Part shown: positions 29,339-39,488 of the stretch, in pieces
Layout of the letters: every line of letters starts with the position of its first letter
Numbering within the stretch: position 1 is the stretch's first letter
Assembly (NCBI GenBank): GCA_963666985.2
Contig: CAXXIA010000002.1
Coordinates: 2,336,001-2,400,000 of the forward strand
Direction of reading: 5' to 3'
Length of the DNA: 64,000 nucleotides
Origin: Spirochaetia bacterium
GTDB taxonomy: Bacteria > Spirochaetota > Spirochaetia > DSM-2461
The notes under the pieces: generated by a model
What the model saw: only the letters and a program-made list of their open reading frames with translations
The model's database searches: none
What the model was told of the DNA's origin: nothing
Made by a program: the position numbers and the translations under genes

Positions 29339-31555
29339 ATGAGCCGACCGGCTTCGGGGATTTCCCCATGGACTTCCGGATTGAACGAAATGCAGAGGGA
29401 AGCCGTTGTTCACGGAGCCGATCCTCTGCTGATTCTCGCCGGGGCCGGTTCCGGGAAAACGCGGGTTGTAACTTCCCGCATCGCGTGGATGGTGGCCGAA
29501 AAGGGCTTTGATGCTCCTTCCATCCTGGCGGTGACCTTTACGAACAAAGCCGCCGCCGAAATGCGCGAACGGGTTTCGGCCATGGTTCCGGCCGCCGAAT
29601 CGGCCATGATCCGCACCTTTCATTCTTTCGGCGCCTGGCTGCTCCGGCGGAACGCGGGCGCCGCGGATTTGAATCCCAATTTCACCATCTATGACGATGA
29701 CGATCAGGTAACGCTTCTTTCCCGAATCCTCGAAGGCGTGCCCCGCCGGGAACTGCGTCTCTGGGCCCACCGCATCGCCCGGGCCAAGGACGAGGGACTG
29801 AGCTGTGATGACGATTTGTCCTCGTTTTCTCACGATCCGGATTTTCCGGAGATTTACCGCCGCTATGAGGAGAGGCTGAGGAAAATCGGCAACGTGGACT
29901 TCGGCGATCTGATTCTTCTGCCCGTTCTGATGCTGCGCAAAAGGCCCGAAATCCGCGAGCGAATCAGGCAGAGGTTCCGGGCCGTTCTGGTGGACGAATA
30001 TCAGGATACGAACGTGGCCCAGTACGAACTGCTGCGGGAACTGGCCGGTCCGGAGACCTGGCTCGGAGTGGTGGGCGATGAGGATCAGTCCATTTACCGC
30101 TTCCGCGGCGCCGAAGTGAAGAACATCCTCGATTTTCCGAGCCTGTTTCCCGGAACGCGCGTGGTTCGTCTGGAACAGAATTACCGTTCCACCGGGGCCA
30201 TCCTCGATATTGCTTCTGCCGTGGTTTCCCACAACACCGGCCGCCTGGGAAAAACTCTCTGGACCGCGGGTGAGCGGGGGGAGAAGGCCGTTCTGGCTTA
30301 TCTTGAGGATCATAATCAGGAGGCTTCCTGGTGCGCGGACCGCGTGGACGCCGACGGGAATTTCGGCGGAACCGCCATTCTTTATCGGACGAACGCTCAG
30401 TCGCGAATTTTCGAAACGGTCTTTCGCCGCCGCGATATTCCGTATCGCATCGTCGGGACGACAAGTTTCTATCAGCGTGAAGAGGTAAAGGACGTTCTGG
30501 CCTATCTTTCCTGGCTCTCCAACGGGCGCGACGAGGTGGCGTTCCGGCGCATCGCCAATAAACCGGCCCGGGGACTGGGAAAGACCAGTCTGGATCGGCT
30601 GATGGCATCGGCGGCCGGCGAATACGGCGGCGATATCCTGGCGGCCTGCCGTAATACCGATTTGAAGGGAAAGGCGGGCAAAGCTCTGGAGTTTCTTCGC
30701 GGTCTTTCGGAGCGTAATAAGAACGCCGAGTTCGAGCATCTTGGGTTTCTGGTTCAGGATTTGGCCGACGCCTCAGGGTTATTGGCCCATTATCGGGAAG
30801 TGGACCGGATCGAGAACTCCAAGCGGACGGCCAACCTGGACGAGCTGGTGAATGCCGCGGCCGAATACCCGTCGACTCCGGAGGGTTTGGCGGCCTTCCT
30901 GGAACTTGTGGAGCTGGATCAGGCCGTTCTGGAAGAAGAAGAGGACGACGAGAACCGGGTAACGCTCATTACCATGCACAATACGAAGGGACTGGAATTC
31001 GACCGGGTGATTATCACCGGACTGGAGGAAGGTCTTTTTCCCAGGGCCGACGGCGGGATTGACGAGGATGAACTGGAAGAGGAACGCCGTCTGTTTTACG
31101 TGGCCATTACCCGGGCCCGAACGGATTTGGCTTTTACCACCTGCCATCGCCGGATGCTGTGGGGACGAACAGAAACGCGCCGGCCTTCCCGTTTTCTAAG
31201 AGAAATCCCGGACGAATGCGTTCGCGTTGAAGGCGGCGATGCGGATGGGATCTTCGGAGGCGCGGGAGGCTCTTGGGGCGCCGGGTATGGAGCTGGAGAC
31301 GCCGCCGGGATTGCGGGAGGCGCTGGGGTGGGAGGTGCCGATGGCCGTGATGGGAACGCTCCGCCGGATCCCTGGCAGCCGGGTGTTCGGCTGATCCACG
31401 ACGAATATGGAGTCGGCGTTGTGCAGAAACGTCTCGCGAACGGCGGACATACCGTTATTCATGTGCTTTTCGAATCCGGCCGCCGTGCTACGATACTCCC
31501 TGAGTTCTCATCGCATAAAATGGAACTGCTGGGTGTCGCCGGGGAGGATTTCTGA
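29339..31555 (+). CDS. uvrD: UvrD/PcrA DNA helicase
   Basis: ILAGAGSGKT, VTFTNKAA, LVDEYQDTN, LEQNYRST, TMHNTKGLEF and EEERRLFYVAITRA. Confidence 0.93.
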   Translation: MSRPASGISPWTSGLNEMQREAVVHGADPLLILAGAGSGKTRVVTSRIAWMVAEKGFDAPSILAVTFTNKAAAEMRERVSAMVPAAESAMIRTFHSFGAWLLRRNAGAADLNPNFTIYDDDDQVTLLSRILEGVPRRELRLWAHRIARAKDEGLSCDDDLSSFSHDPDFPEIYRRYEERLRKIGNVDFGDLILLPVLMLRKRPEIRERIRQRFRAVLVDEYQDTNVAQYELLRELAGPETWLGVVGDEDQSIYRFRGAEVKNILDFPSLFPGTRVVRLEQNYRSTGAILDIASAVVSHNTGRLGKTLWTAGERGEKAVLAYLEDHNQEASWCADRVDADGNFGGTAILYRTNAQSRIFETVFRRRDIPYRIVGTTSFYQREEVKDVLAYLSWLSNGRDEVAFRRIANKPARGLGKTSLDRLMASAAGEYGGDILAACRNTDLKGKAGKALEFLRGLSERNKNAEFEHLGFLVQDLADASGLLAHYREVDRIENSKRTANLDELVNAAAEYPSTPEGLAAFLELVELDQAVLEEEEDDENRVTLITMHNTKGLEFDRVIITGLEEGLFPRADGGIDEDELEEERRLFYVAITRARTDLAFTTCHRRMLWGRTETRRPSRFLREIPDECVRVEGGDADGIFGGAGGSWGAGYGAGDAAGIAGGAGVGGADGRDGNAPPDPWQPGVRLIHDEYGVGVVQKRLANGGHTVIHVLFESGRRATILPEFSSHKMELLGVAGEDF

Positions 31556-32394
31556 TGTTCGGGCCGCTGAATGAACAAGAGAGTGCCGCAATAGACCGTC
31601 TGCCCGTTATCTCCCGGGCTCGGGGGCATCGCCTCTACGGCATCGACGGAACACGCTGGCTGGATTGCTGGGCGGACGGCGGCCGTGCTTTGGCCGGTCA
31701 TCGTCCCAAGGGCGTTTCGCTGCGGCTGAAGAACGAGATTGACCGCGGCCTGTACGCTCCGTATCCGAATCTGTGGGACCGAAGGCTGGAAAAGGCCCTG
31801 CTTCGAATGTTCCCGGGGTATGCGGAGGTTCGGGTGTACCGAAATATTGAGCGTGCCCTGAATCTCCTGGGACTGGAAACTTGGCCCGCCGATCCCCTGG
31901 ACCTGCCGCCGGGAACTCCGTTTGTCGACGGAGCGCTCTGGGGGCGGCCGGGTTTGCCGGATCATCCCCGCTCGGAGATTCTTTTTCCCATTCTGCCGCT
32001 GCCGGGTTTTTCGGAGGCGCAGCCGGTACTCTTCGGTGGCGCGGCGGACGGCGGCACGGTGCAAAAACCGGCCGGTTCGGCTGAAAATGCCCCCAAAAAC
32101 CCCTCACCGCCCGCATCGGACAGGATTTCTCCGCTGATTATCGCGGCCATGACCCGAAGCTGCGGAATAATTCGAGAGGAAAATTCTCCGCAGGAACATT
32201 TTTCCGCCGAAATTTGGGACATGAGGGGACCATATATGCTTTTCCGGGGCAATGAAGAGGCCTACGGCCGAACCTTCGAAGCTCTTTTGAACCGCCGCAT
32301 CCTTATCGCGCCGTCTTCGAACCGTCCTTCGGTCTTTCCCGTGGAACTTTCAGCCGGAGAAGCTTCCATCCTCGCCGCGGGAGGATACCGATAA
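31555..32394 (+). CDS. Hypothetical protein with class-III-aminotransferase-like N-terminus
   Basis: ISRARGHRLYGIDGTRWLD..ADGGRALAGH; much shorter than intact aminotransferases; translationally coupled to uvrD. Confidence 0.55.
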   Translation: MFGPLNEQESAAIDRLPVISRARGHRLYGIDGTRWLDCWADGGRALAGHRPKGVSLRLKNEIDRGLYAPYPNLWDRRLEKALLRMFPGYAEVRVYRNIERALNLLGLETWPADPLDLPPGTPFVDGALWGRPGLPDHPRSEILFPILPLPGFSEAQPVLFGGAADGGTVQKPAGSAENAPKNPSPPASDRISPLIIAAMTRSCGIIREENSPQEHFSAEIWDMRGPYMLFRGNEEAYGRTFEALLNRRILIAPSSNRPSVFPVELSAGEASILAAGGYR

Positions 32395-32395
32395 C

Positions 32396-32692
32396 GTGAC
32401 CGATAATGAAATCATTCCTGTTCTTATCCGATTGGTCTGTTCCTTTCTGGCGGCGTTCCCCGCAATCGCCCTGTGGTCCAAAACCCGGGACGCATCCTGG
32501 ATGCTGATGGTCTTCGGTTCCCTTTTGTATTTCGTCGATTCTTTGTACTCGGTACTGGTGATGATCGGTCTTGTGACCTATTATCTTCCGTTCGCCGAAG
32601 AGTTTCCGCTGCTTGAGTCCCTGCTTGCCGGTATTCCTTCTTTACTTTTGGCCGCGGGGTTTTTGATCTTTCTCATAAAAAACCGCCGTTAA
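32396..32692 (+). CDS. Small hypothetical membrane protein
   Basis: Three hydrophobic segments; AIALWSKTRDASWMLMV; in operon position. Confidence 0.65.
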   Translation: MTDNEIIPVLIRLVCSFLAAFPAIALWSKTRDASWMLMVFGSLLYFVDSLYSVLVMIGLVTYYLPFAEEFPLLESLLAGIPSLLLAAGFLIFLIKNRR

Positions 32693-32734
32693 TCCCCACC
32701 CTTGACGAAATACCTTGATTCGGTGAATATATAC

Positions 32735-32895
32735 CGCCCACTAACCCCCTTGGGTTTCATCCTTTATGAGGAGCGAAACACAGGACCGGGATCGGAAATC
32801 CGTTTTCGTATTTAGCCACGGAAACGGTAATGCCGAATCCCAAAGGATGCCCCTGATGCTATAGGGGCGTTCTTGTATACAGACTTGAGGCGGAT
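32735..32895 (+). promoter_or_regulatory. Structured rplM leader (candidate L13 autoregulatory RNA)
   Basis: TTGACG -35-like box at 32702; stems GGGATCGG/CCGAATCCC, CCGTTT/AAACGG and GGATGCCCCT/AGGGGCGTTC before the RBS. Confidence 0.45.
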
Positions 32896-32900
32896 TTGAC

Positions 32901-33329
32901 ATGAAAACGACTTATGTAAAACCAGCCGATGCGGACCGCAAGTGGTTCGTCATCGACGCGGCCGGAAAGCCTCTGGGCCGCGTAGCCGTTAAAGCGGCAT
33001 ACATTGCCCGCGGCAAGCACAAACCTTATTATGTCCCCTATCACGAAATCGGCGATTACGTCATTATCGTGAACGCGGACAAGGCCGAACTCACAGGGAA
33101 TAAAAAGCGGAACAAGCTTTATTACCGTCATTCGGACTACATCGGCGGCTTGAAAGTGGAAAACTACGAGAAACTCGTGGCACGAAAGCCCACCGCGCCG
33201 ATGGAGAAAGCCGTTCGCGGAATGCTTCCCCGCGGCCCCATGGGCAACAAGCTCTACAGAAACGTTAAAATCTATGCCGGCGCGGCGCATCCTCATGAAG
33301 CGCAGCAGCCCGAAGCCCTGGAACTCTAG
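32901..33329 (+). CDS. rplM: 50S ribosomal protein L13
   Basis: RKWFVIDAAGKPLGR, GKHKP, GDYVIIVNA and HPHEAQQP. Confidence 0.98.
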   Translation: MKTTYVKPADADRKWFVIDAAGKPLGRVAVKAAYIARGKHKPYYVPYHEIGDYVIIVNADKAELTGNKKRNKLYYRHSDYIGGLKVENYEKLVARKPTAPMEKAVRGMLPRGPMGNKLYRNVKIYAGAAHPHEAQQPEALEL

Positions 33330-33338
33330 GAGATCATC

Positions 33339-33731
33339 GTGGTTAAAATTTTGTCCAACGGCACAGGCCGACGCAAGACTTCCGTAGCCCGGGTGTATAT
33401 CCGGGAAGGCGCTCCCGGAATCAAGGTGAACGGGAAAAATCTGGATGAGTATTTTCCCCTGGAAACATTAAGGGATATCATCAAGATGCCCCTGCAGGTT
33501 ACGTCCAATGAGGATAAGCTGAACATCCTGGTTAATGTCCGCGGCGGCGGCATCAACGGCCAGGCGGGCGCCATCCGACACGGCATCGCGCGGGCTCTGG
33601 TTGAGCTCGACGAAACCAATCGTCCTTCATTGAAGGCCAACGGCTTCCTGACTCGGGATGCCCGTATGGTCGAACGGAAAAAGTATGGCCGGCCCGGAGC
33701 CCGGAAGAAGTTCCAGTTCTCCAAGCGCTAG
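33339..33731 (+). CDS. rpsI: 30S ribosomal protein S9
   Basis: [31 protein letters not shown] and [17 protein letters not shown]. Confidence 0.98.
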   Translation: MVKILSNGTGRRKTSVARVYIREGAPGIKVNGKNLDEYFPLETLRDIIKMPLQVTSNEDKLNILVNVRGGGINGQAGAIRHGIARALVELDETNRPSLKANGFLTRDARMVERKKYGRPGARKKFQFSKR

Positions 33732-34365
33732 AATTTCATCCCTTTCGAGAGAGGGAGCCGACGGGAGCGTGCTGCGCGTGCGCCTCGACGACGGCTCCCT
33801 TTTTTTATTGGATAACCCCTCCGCGGCCCGGGCCGCGGAGGCCTGTCGGAATGCCGCCGAATCCGTTCCCGCGCATCTCAGGGCCGCTCTTGAAGCGGCC
33901 GATGAAGCCTACCGCTGCAGGCGGAAGGCCCTGGACCTTTTGGCCCGTGCGGAGCAGTGCCGCAAAGGCCTGGAGGCAAAGCTCGCTAAGAAGGGATTTT
34001 CACGGGAAGCGGCGGCGGATGCACTGGACCGCCTGGAGTCTTCCGGATATCTGGACGATGGGCGCTTTGCCGAGGCCTGGGTCCGCTCCCGCCTGCGCAT
34101 CCGTCCGGAAGGCCGGACCCGTCTTCTTACCGCTCTGATGGCCAAGGGCATCGCCGCGGAAACGGCCCGGATCGCCGTGGAGGCGGTCCTTTCGGAATCG
34201 GGCGATCCGGATGATGCCGAACGTGCGGCCTTGGAGAGGGCGCGTCTGAAACTGCTCAGGCGCTCCGGAATGAATAATGAGAAACTCACCGCCGCGCTTT
34301 TGCGAAAAGGATTTCCCTATGCTGCCGTTCGTTCGGCAGTACAAAGCGGTGAGAATACCGAATAG
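33685..34365 (+). CDS. recX: Regulatory protein RecX (start uncertain)
   Basis: [34 protein letters not shown] and LLRKGF. Confidence 0.8.
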   Translation: MAGPEPGRSSSSPSARISSLSREGADGSVLRVRLDDGSLFLLDNPSAARAAEACRNAAESVPAHLRAALEAADEAYRCRRKALDLLARAEQCRKGLEAKLAKKGFSREAAADALDRLESSGYLDDGRFAEAWVRSRLRIRPEGRTRLLTALMAKGIAAETARIAVEAVLSESGDPDDAERAALERARLKLLRRSGMNNEKLTAALLRKGFPYAAVRSAVQSGENTE

Positions 34366-34499
34366 CCCGATGTTCGTTCGCCTTTGCCGGATGAATACCC
34401 AATGGGCCCGAATCGGCGAACTCGGAATCCGTCGGTCTTCCCGAAAATCGAACCTCCGAAATAATGCAACTTGCCGAACTACCCGTTATGCTGAAGGAG

Positions 34500-34772
34500 A
34501 TGAACGCACGTCATTTCATTATCAGCGGGTATGTTCAAGGCGTGGGCTTTCGATGGTTTACGCTGCGTCGGGCCCGTTTCCTGGGATTGGACGGATGGGT
34601 TCGCAATTGTTCCGACGGGACCGTTGAGGTTTGGGCCGAAGGAAGTGAAGATGCGCTGGACTCCCTGGAAGCTTCTTTAAAAGGCGGACCGCCGGGAGCC
34701 TCCGTTCGGGACGTCCGGATTGAATCCGCCGAGGCCACCTGCGCCGGCGGCGGTTTTGACGTAACGTATTAG
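34500..34772 (+). CDS. acyP: Acylphosphatase
   Basis: ISGYVQGVGFR, GWVRNCSDGTVEV and GPPGASV; AAGGAG RBS. Confidence 0.9.
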   Translation: MNARHFIISGYVQGVGFRWFTLRRARFLGLDGWVRNCSDGTVEVWAEGSEDALDSLEASLKGGPPGASVRDVRIESAEATCAGGGFDVTY

Positions 34773-34982
34773 CCCGCAGGTGTTCGGCTGCCGATTGTAT
34801 CTTCCTTAGGGTCGGAAGGAAAACGGAAAGGCATACACGCTTCGGTACGGTATTTCTTTTGAGCGGCCGTTTCACAGAGTCGGGACGGATCTCAAAAAAT
34901 CCGAATGTCTCACAGAATCGTCGGGCCGAAGAACTGCGGAACTTGATCAACCGGGGAAGTCCGTTATATATTTTGCACCCGC

Positions 34983-35055
34983 GGGGGATTAGCTCAGTTG
35001 GTAGAGCGGTTGGTTCGCAATCAACAGGTCAGGGGTTCGAATCCCCTATCCTCCA
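34983..35055 (+). tRNA. tRNA-Ala (anticodon CGC)
   Basis: GGGGGATTAGCTCAGTTGGTAGAGCGGTTGGTT-CGC-AATCAACAGGTCAGGGGTTCGAATCCCCTATCCTCCA; G3:U70 alanine identity pair. Confidence 0.95.
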
Positions 35056-35072
35056 AAAACCATTTTGAACAC

Positions 35073-35097
35073 GCCGTCCTCACCGGACGGCTTTTTT
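35073..35097 (+). terminator. Intrinsic terminator after tRNA-Ala
   Basis: GCCGTCC-TCACC-GGACGGC followed by TTTTTT. Confidence 0.8.
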
Positions 35098-35311
35098 ATG
35101 CCTGCTCGCCTGCAATAAAGAGGCGGTGGAGTCTTTGCATGACCGGTCGCATTATCGCTTTTCTTAGGCGAATTGCAGGCAGAGGGCTTATCTGTTGAGC
35201 TTCGGAAAGCGAGAACTCTTTTTTAGGATTCCGTAGGCGGATTATGTACGTCGGTCCGCATTGCCGGAATCCCACCGGCGGAAGATCGGAAAAACAGCGG
35301 AAATCTAATCC

Positions 35312-35950
35312 TTAAACCGATTTCGCTATTCGGTAGCGAAGAATGGTCTTCAGTTTTTCCGGTGCGGTTTTTCTAAAATCACTGAGGTATATCTCGCGAT
35401 GGGAATGGGCGGTTCGCTCATAGCCTTCATTTGTAATGTATTCCTCCATACGGGCAAAACTCGCCGCTTCATCATCGAAGGGACCGATGTGGAGAAGCTG
35501 ACAGCACAGCCCGTCGGTCATGGCTTCAAAGCGTAATTTCGATAAAGCGCCGCTCTCCGGTCCGGTTTTTTTTTCCTGTGTCATGACTTTTGCGCGTTCG
35601 AACAATTTCTTATCCACAAAAGAAGGCTGCCGGATCATAATCGTCCAGGAAAGTTTATCTTTCTGTGCTGCGTCGAATCCCTTCATATCGGTAACATCCC
35701 AGAGACCTTCCAGAGGCGGGACCGTGTATTCAAAATAACCTTCCGGCATAACTCCCTTCTTCGGCATCATCTTGATTGTGTAAGACAGTCCGTAAAGGGC
35801 CGCGACGGCTTCCGTGAAAGCTCCGCTTGTGTTCGGATTGCCGGTGCCTGAAATCGCTGCGAATTTCATTTTCGGTACCTCGACAATCTGCGGCGTTTTC
35901 GCGGACGGCTTATAGAGGGCGTCTTTTTTTACTTCCCATTTCTCGCTCAT
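35312..35950 (-). CDS. GyrI-like small-molecule-binding domain protein
   Basis: GTGNPN, YTVPPLEGLW, WTIMIRQP, LHIGPFDDE and HREIYLSDFRKTAPEKLKTILR. Confidence 0.85.
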   Translation of the reverse strand: MSEKWEVKKDALYKPSAKTPQIVEVPKMKFAAISGTGNPNTSGAFTEAVAALYGLSYTIKMMPKKGVMPEGYFEYTVPPLEGLWDVTDMKGFDAAQKDKLSWTIMIRQPSFVDKKLFERAKVMTQEKKTGPESGALSKLRFEAMTDGLCCQLLHIGPFDDEAASFARMEEYITNEGYERTAHSHREIYLSDFRKTAPEKLKTILRYRIAKSV

Positions 35951-36066
35951 GCTTTTTCTCCTTCCGAATGAACTCTGGCGCCATTATGGAGGGGGATATA
36001 CGAAGACCCTATGTCGTCTATTTTAAATTATTCCAAGAAAAACGCGGAAATAACCGCTTTAAAGAC

Positions 36067-37311
36067 TTAATCTCGACCGGCTTGTTTAAAAAGAGCGAAA
36101 CCGAAAGAGAAGAGCGCCCCGAAAACGGCAAGGGACCAGAGTCCCCAATGATCCGCCGCGAGTCCGATGAGAGGCGCGGCGAGAACCAAATACAGCGATC
36201 CTGCCTGGGAATCGATGGACAAAATCGTCGCTCCGACGGCGGCATCGCTGACCGTATCGATTCGGCTCATCATGATGGGCCTCCAGGTATTCTGAATAAT
36301 AACAACGAGAGCCAGGGCGGCGATGGAAAGCGTATCCCGGCCCGCCAGGAGCAGGAACGCGGCGATGCCGAATAAGAATCCGTCGATAATCCAGAGAATC
36401 TTCGACGATTTTTCGTGTCCGCCGTATTTATCGGAGAAAACTTGAGATTTCCGGGAAGCCAGACTGGAAGCGATGTACAGAACGAAATAGACGATTCCTA
36501 TGAGCAGAGCCTCGCGGGATTCGGATTTCCAGGCCAACAGGAAGGGGAGCGTCAGAACGGTTTGCCGGATAATGGGCTGGAGATAATCTTTTGTCAGCGA
36601 GGCATTCCCCTGGTGGACCGCGGATTCCAGAAACAGTCCCCGGAGCCGCTTGTTTTTGAGTGAGTCTTTTATAACGTTCCAAAGATTGACGACAAATGTT
36701 TTCAATTGAGATCCGAGAGGCTCGGAGCCGTCCCTTTCCAGTGCGACTTTTCCATCCAAATAAGACGGATAGCCCAGGAAGTTGATGATGTTGATCAGGT
36801 AGGGAATGATGGAAAGGAGAAAAATAAGCTTATAATCGCGGGTTAAGATCACGGCCGCGGCGGCCAGCAGAACCGAAACGGCCGCGCCGATTTGGCTCCA
36901 GGATCGGGTGTATCCGTAGTATTTGGTTTTTTCCTCGGTTTTTCCCACGGAGGCCAGCCAATCGAAAATCATGGCCTTATGGGTTCCCGTACGGAAAGCA
37001 TCGCCGACGGCATAGAAGAACATCGCGGCGAAAAGCTGCCAGAGGGACGGGGCGAAGGCGAAAATGAGAAAACTGATGATATAGGCGGTGAAGGAGGCGA
37101 TCATCGAGCGCCGGCGTCCGAATTGATCGGCGATGAGTCCGGAGGGGATTTCGAGGATATTGATCCAGATTTTGTTGAAGGCAATCAGAAATCCGATAAC
37201 GAAATAACTCAGTCCTCTATCGAGGAACGCCAGAAGAAGGAAAGGTTCGAAATATTTCTGGTTCTTGAGGAAACCGTAAAGAGAAAATCGGGGCAGCATA
37301 TCCTTGGCCAT
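36067..37311 (-). CDS. MFS transporter
   Basis: LEIPSGLIADQFGRRRS (MFS motif A) and GDAFRTGTHKAMIFDWL. Confidence 0.85.
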   Translation of the reverse strand: MAKDMLPRFSLYGFLKNQKYFEPFLLLAFLDRGLSYFVIGFLIAFNKIWINILEIPSGLIADQFGRRRSMIASFTAYIISFLIFAFAPSLWQLFAAMFFYAVGDAFRTGTHKAMIFDWLASVGKTEEKTKYYGYTRSWSQIGAAVSVLLAAAAVILTRDYKLIFLLSIIPYLINIINFLGYPSYLDGKVALERDGSEPLGSQLKTFVVNLWNVIKDSLKNKRLRGLFLESAVHQGNASLTKDYLQPIIRQTVLTLPFLLAWKSESREALLIGIVYFVLYIASSLASRKSQVFSDKYGGHEKSSKILWIIDGFLFGIAAFLLLAGRDTLSIAALALVVIIQNTWRPIMMSRIDTVSDAAVGATILSIDSQAGSLYLVLAAPLIGLAADHWGLWSLAVFGALFSFGFALFKQAGRD

Positions 37312-37408
37312 AAAGCATTATAGCATTCATCGGCCGTGAGGAAATCTGTCGGACGGGACTCCTGGTATCCGCGAACGAAGGATTATGTATCGGAAGCAAT
37401 CGGCTTCT

Positions 37409-39259
37409 TTATTCCTTATCATCCGTCTTGAAAACGGAAATGGATTGATCCAGGTCTTTGCCTATGCTGTTGATTCCGTGGCTGAGTTCCGTCAGATGTG
37501 CCATGATCTGGTTGATTTCTCCAAGGCCCAGGGAGATTTCCTTGATGCCGGCGGTTACCTCTTCGGATACTTGTTTTACATGAGAAACACTTTCGTCCAC
37601 GGTTCCCGTCTGTTTGCGCATGGTTCTGGAACTCCGTCCCACCTTAGCGCTTGTATCGTTGAGATCCGTCATGGCTTTTTGAATCTCCGTACTGCCGGCT
37701 TCCAGTTCATTAAGAGCGGCGTGTATTTCTTCATAGGATTTGTTGACTTCCATTACCCGCGTATCGAGGATCGCGAAGGCCTGCCGGGTTTCGTTTCCGG
37801 CGGTGAACGCGGTTTGGATGGCCTCGATCATATTATTGAGCTGTTCTGAAATTTTCTTGGAGTTTTGTGACGAAGCTTCCGCCAATTTTCGTATTTCGTC
37901 GGCTACCACGCTGAACCCTCTGCCGGCGTCTCCGGCATGAGCCGCTTCGATGGCGGCGTTCATGGCTAAGAGGTTCGTGCGTGAGGCGATGGTTTGTATA
38001 ATCCCCGTGATGTCTTTCACGCCTCCGAGACCGTCTTGAATTGATGCGATGGTTTTGGTGGTTTCCTCAAGAAGCTGTCCGCCTTTTTCGGCGGCGAGAG
38101 CGAGTTCTTCGGTTGATTCCGCACTTCGGTTTGTGATGCTGCCGACGCTCCGGATGGATGCGATCATTTCCGTTACGGCCGCTGTGGATTCCTCCACCAT
38201 TGCTATCTGTTCTTCCAGCCCATGATCGGTTTCTTCTATTGCCTCCGAGATTCCCGAGACGGCTCCCGCGGATTCCGATACGCTCTGATCCAGAATCCCG
38301 ACTTGCCGGCCGATCGATTCGGTGCTTTCCTTCATTTCCACGATGGCGGCCGATGCCTGCTCTATGGTTCCGGAAAGATCGTCTCGGGTTTCACGGCTTG
38401 AGTCCGCTGCGGCGCGGATGTTTTTCACGGAGTCCGACAGACTTCGTGAAAACTGCGAGAGGGTTCTGGTAAGGTGCCCGAGTTCATCCTTTGTTTTAAG
38501 AGTCTTTTTTTCCGTAAGATCACCCGATTCCAAATCGAGCATTCCGCCGTTGAGAACCCCGACGGCTCTGCCGATGAGGCCCGCGATGATGGAGGAAATC
38601 ATGAGAGAGAGGGCCGTAACCAAAAGAGATATGGCCCCCGCGATTATCAGGCTGCGGATAAGGACCGCATGAATCTCCTTTTCGATTATTTCCCCTTGTT
38701 TTTCGATTGTTTCCACGGTTGTAACAATATTGGAGAGAATAATGGAGGCCGTCTCTTCGTATTGCAGCACCTTGGCCTGGAAATAATTGCTGCGGTCCGC
38801 TTTGATGACGTAATAATTATCCGGCAGAATCTTCAGTTGAAAGTTCAAATCGATGGTGGTAAGACTCGTGAATTCCGATTCTATTTTAGAGAGAATGTCG
38901 AGAGCGAGGTCGATTTTCCCTTCTTGAAGATTCCTCAGTCTTCCGACCGTATCCAGAGCTTCTTTTATGGCTTCACTTGTTTTCGGGAGCTGTGTCAGTT
39001 CCTCAATGGCGTTGAACGCCTCATCCGAACGGGCCAGAGCCGCGTCCAGTTCGGTTCTTTTTAATTTATAAATTCCAGATTCAATATTAAGAAGTGAAAT
39101 CCCCAGGGCGTTTTGGGCGTCTTTCAGTTCCGTGATGACACTCTGTTCCGATTGAATCTTCAGAATGGGGGCTAGAAAACCCAGTAAAATCAGAACGATT
39201 GCCAACCCGCCCGCGATAGCTATGCCGACGAGTAACGTTAGTTTCGACTTGAGTTTCAT
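37409..39259 (-). CDS. Methyl-accepting chemotaxis protein
   Basis: Two TM segments, HAMP (KDELGHL) and signalling hairpin [38 protein letters not shown]. Confidence 0.95.
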   Translation of the reverse strand: MKLKSKLTLLVGIAIAGGLAIVLILLGFLAPILKIQSEQSVITELKDAQNALGISLLNIESGIYKLKRTELDAALARSDEAFNAIEELTQLPKTSEAIKEALDTVGRLRNLQEGKIDLALDILSKIESEFTSLTTIDLNFQLKILPDNYYVIKADRSNYFQAKVLQYEETASIILSNIVTTVETIEKQGEIIEKEIHAVLIRSLIIAGAISLLVTALSLMISSIIAGLIGRAVGVLNGGMLDLESGDLTEKKTLKTKDELGHLTRTLSQFSRSLSDSVKNIRAAADSSRETRDDLSGTIEQASAAIVEMKESTESIGRQVGILDQSVSESAGAVSGISEAIEETDHGLEEQIAMVEESTAAVTEMIASIRSVGSITNRSAESTEELALAAEKGGQLLEETTKTIASIQDGLGGVKDITGIIQTIASRTNLLAMNAAIEAAHAGDAGRGFSVVADEIRKLAEASSQNSKKISEQLNNMIEAIQTAFTAGNETRQAFAILDTRVMEVNKSYEEIHAALNELEAGSTEIQKAMTDLNDTSAKVGRSSRTMRKQTGTVDESVSHVKQVSEEVTAGIKEISLGLGEINQIMAHLTELSHGINSIGKDLDQSISVFKTDDKE

Positions 39260-39488
39260 TGTGAACCTCGTTTCTTTTGTGGCTATCATTGTAACCCAAG
39301 ACATTGTTTATCCGTGTTACTTTTTTGTTCTCAGTGAAAAAAGTCACTGAAAATGATGCGCTTCGGGATTTATCCGGATAGAAAGCCGATTTGGAGAAGA
39401 TAGGGATTCGAAAGACTGCGGCTCTTCGGGTTTTTACGGTAAAATCCGAACAGCCGGCATAAAGGGCCGCGAGATAAGGAGCACAACG

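Noticed and set aside
34983..35100. tRNA-Ala as an integration site
   Set aside because: I found no duplicate of its 3' end and no integrase in the window; a normal terminator follows.
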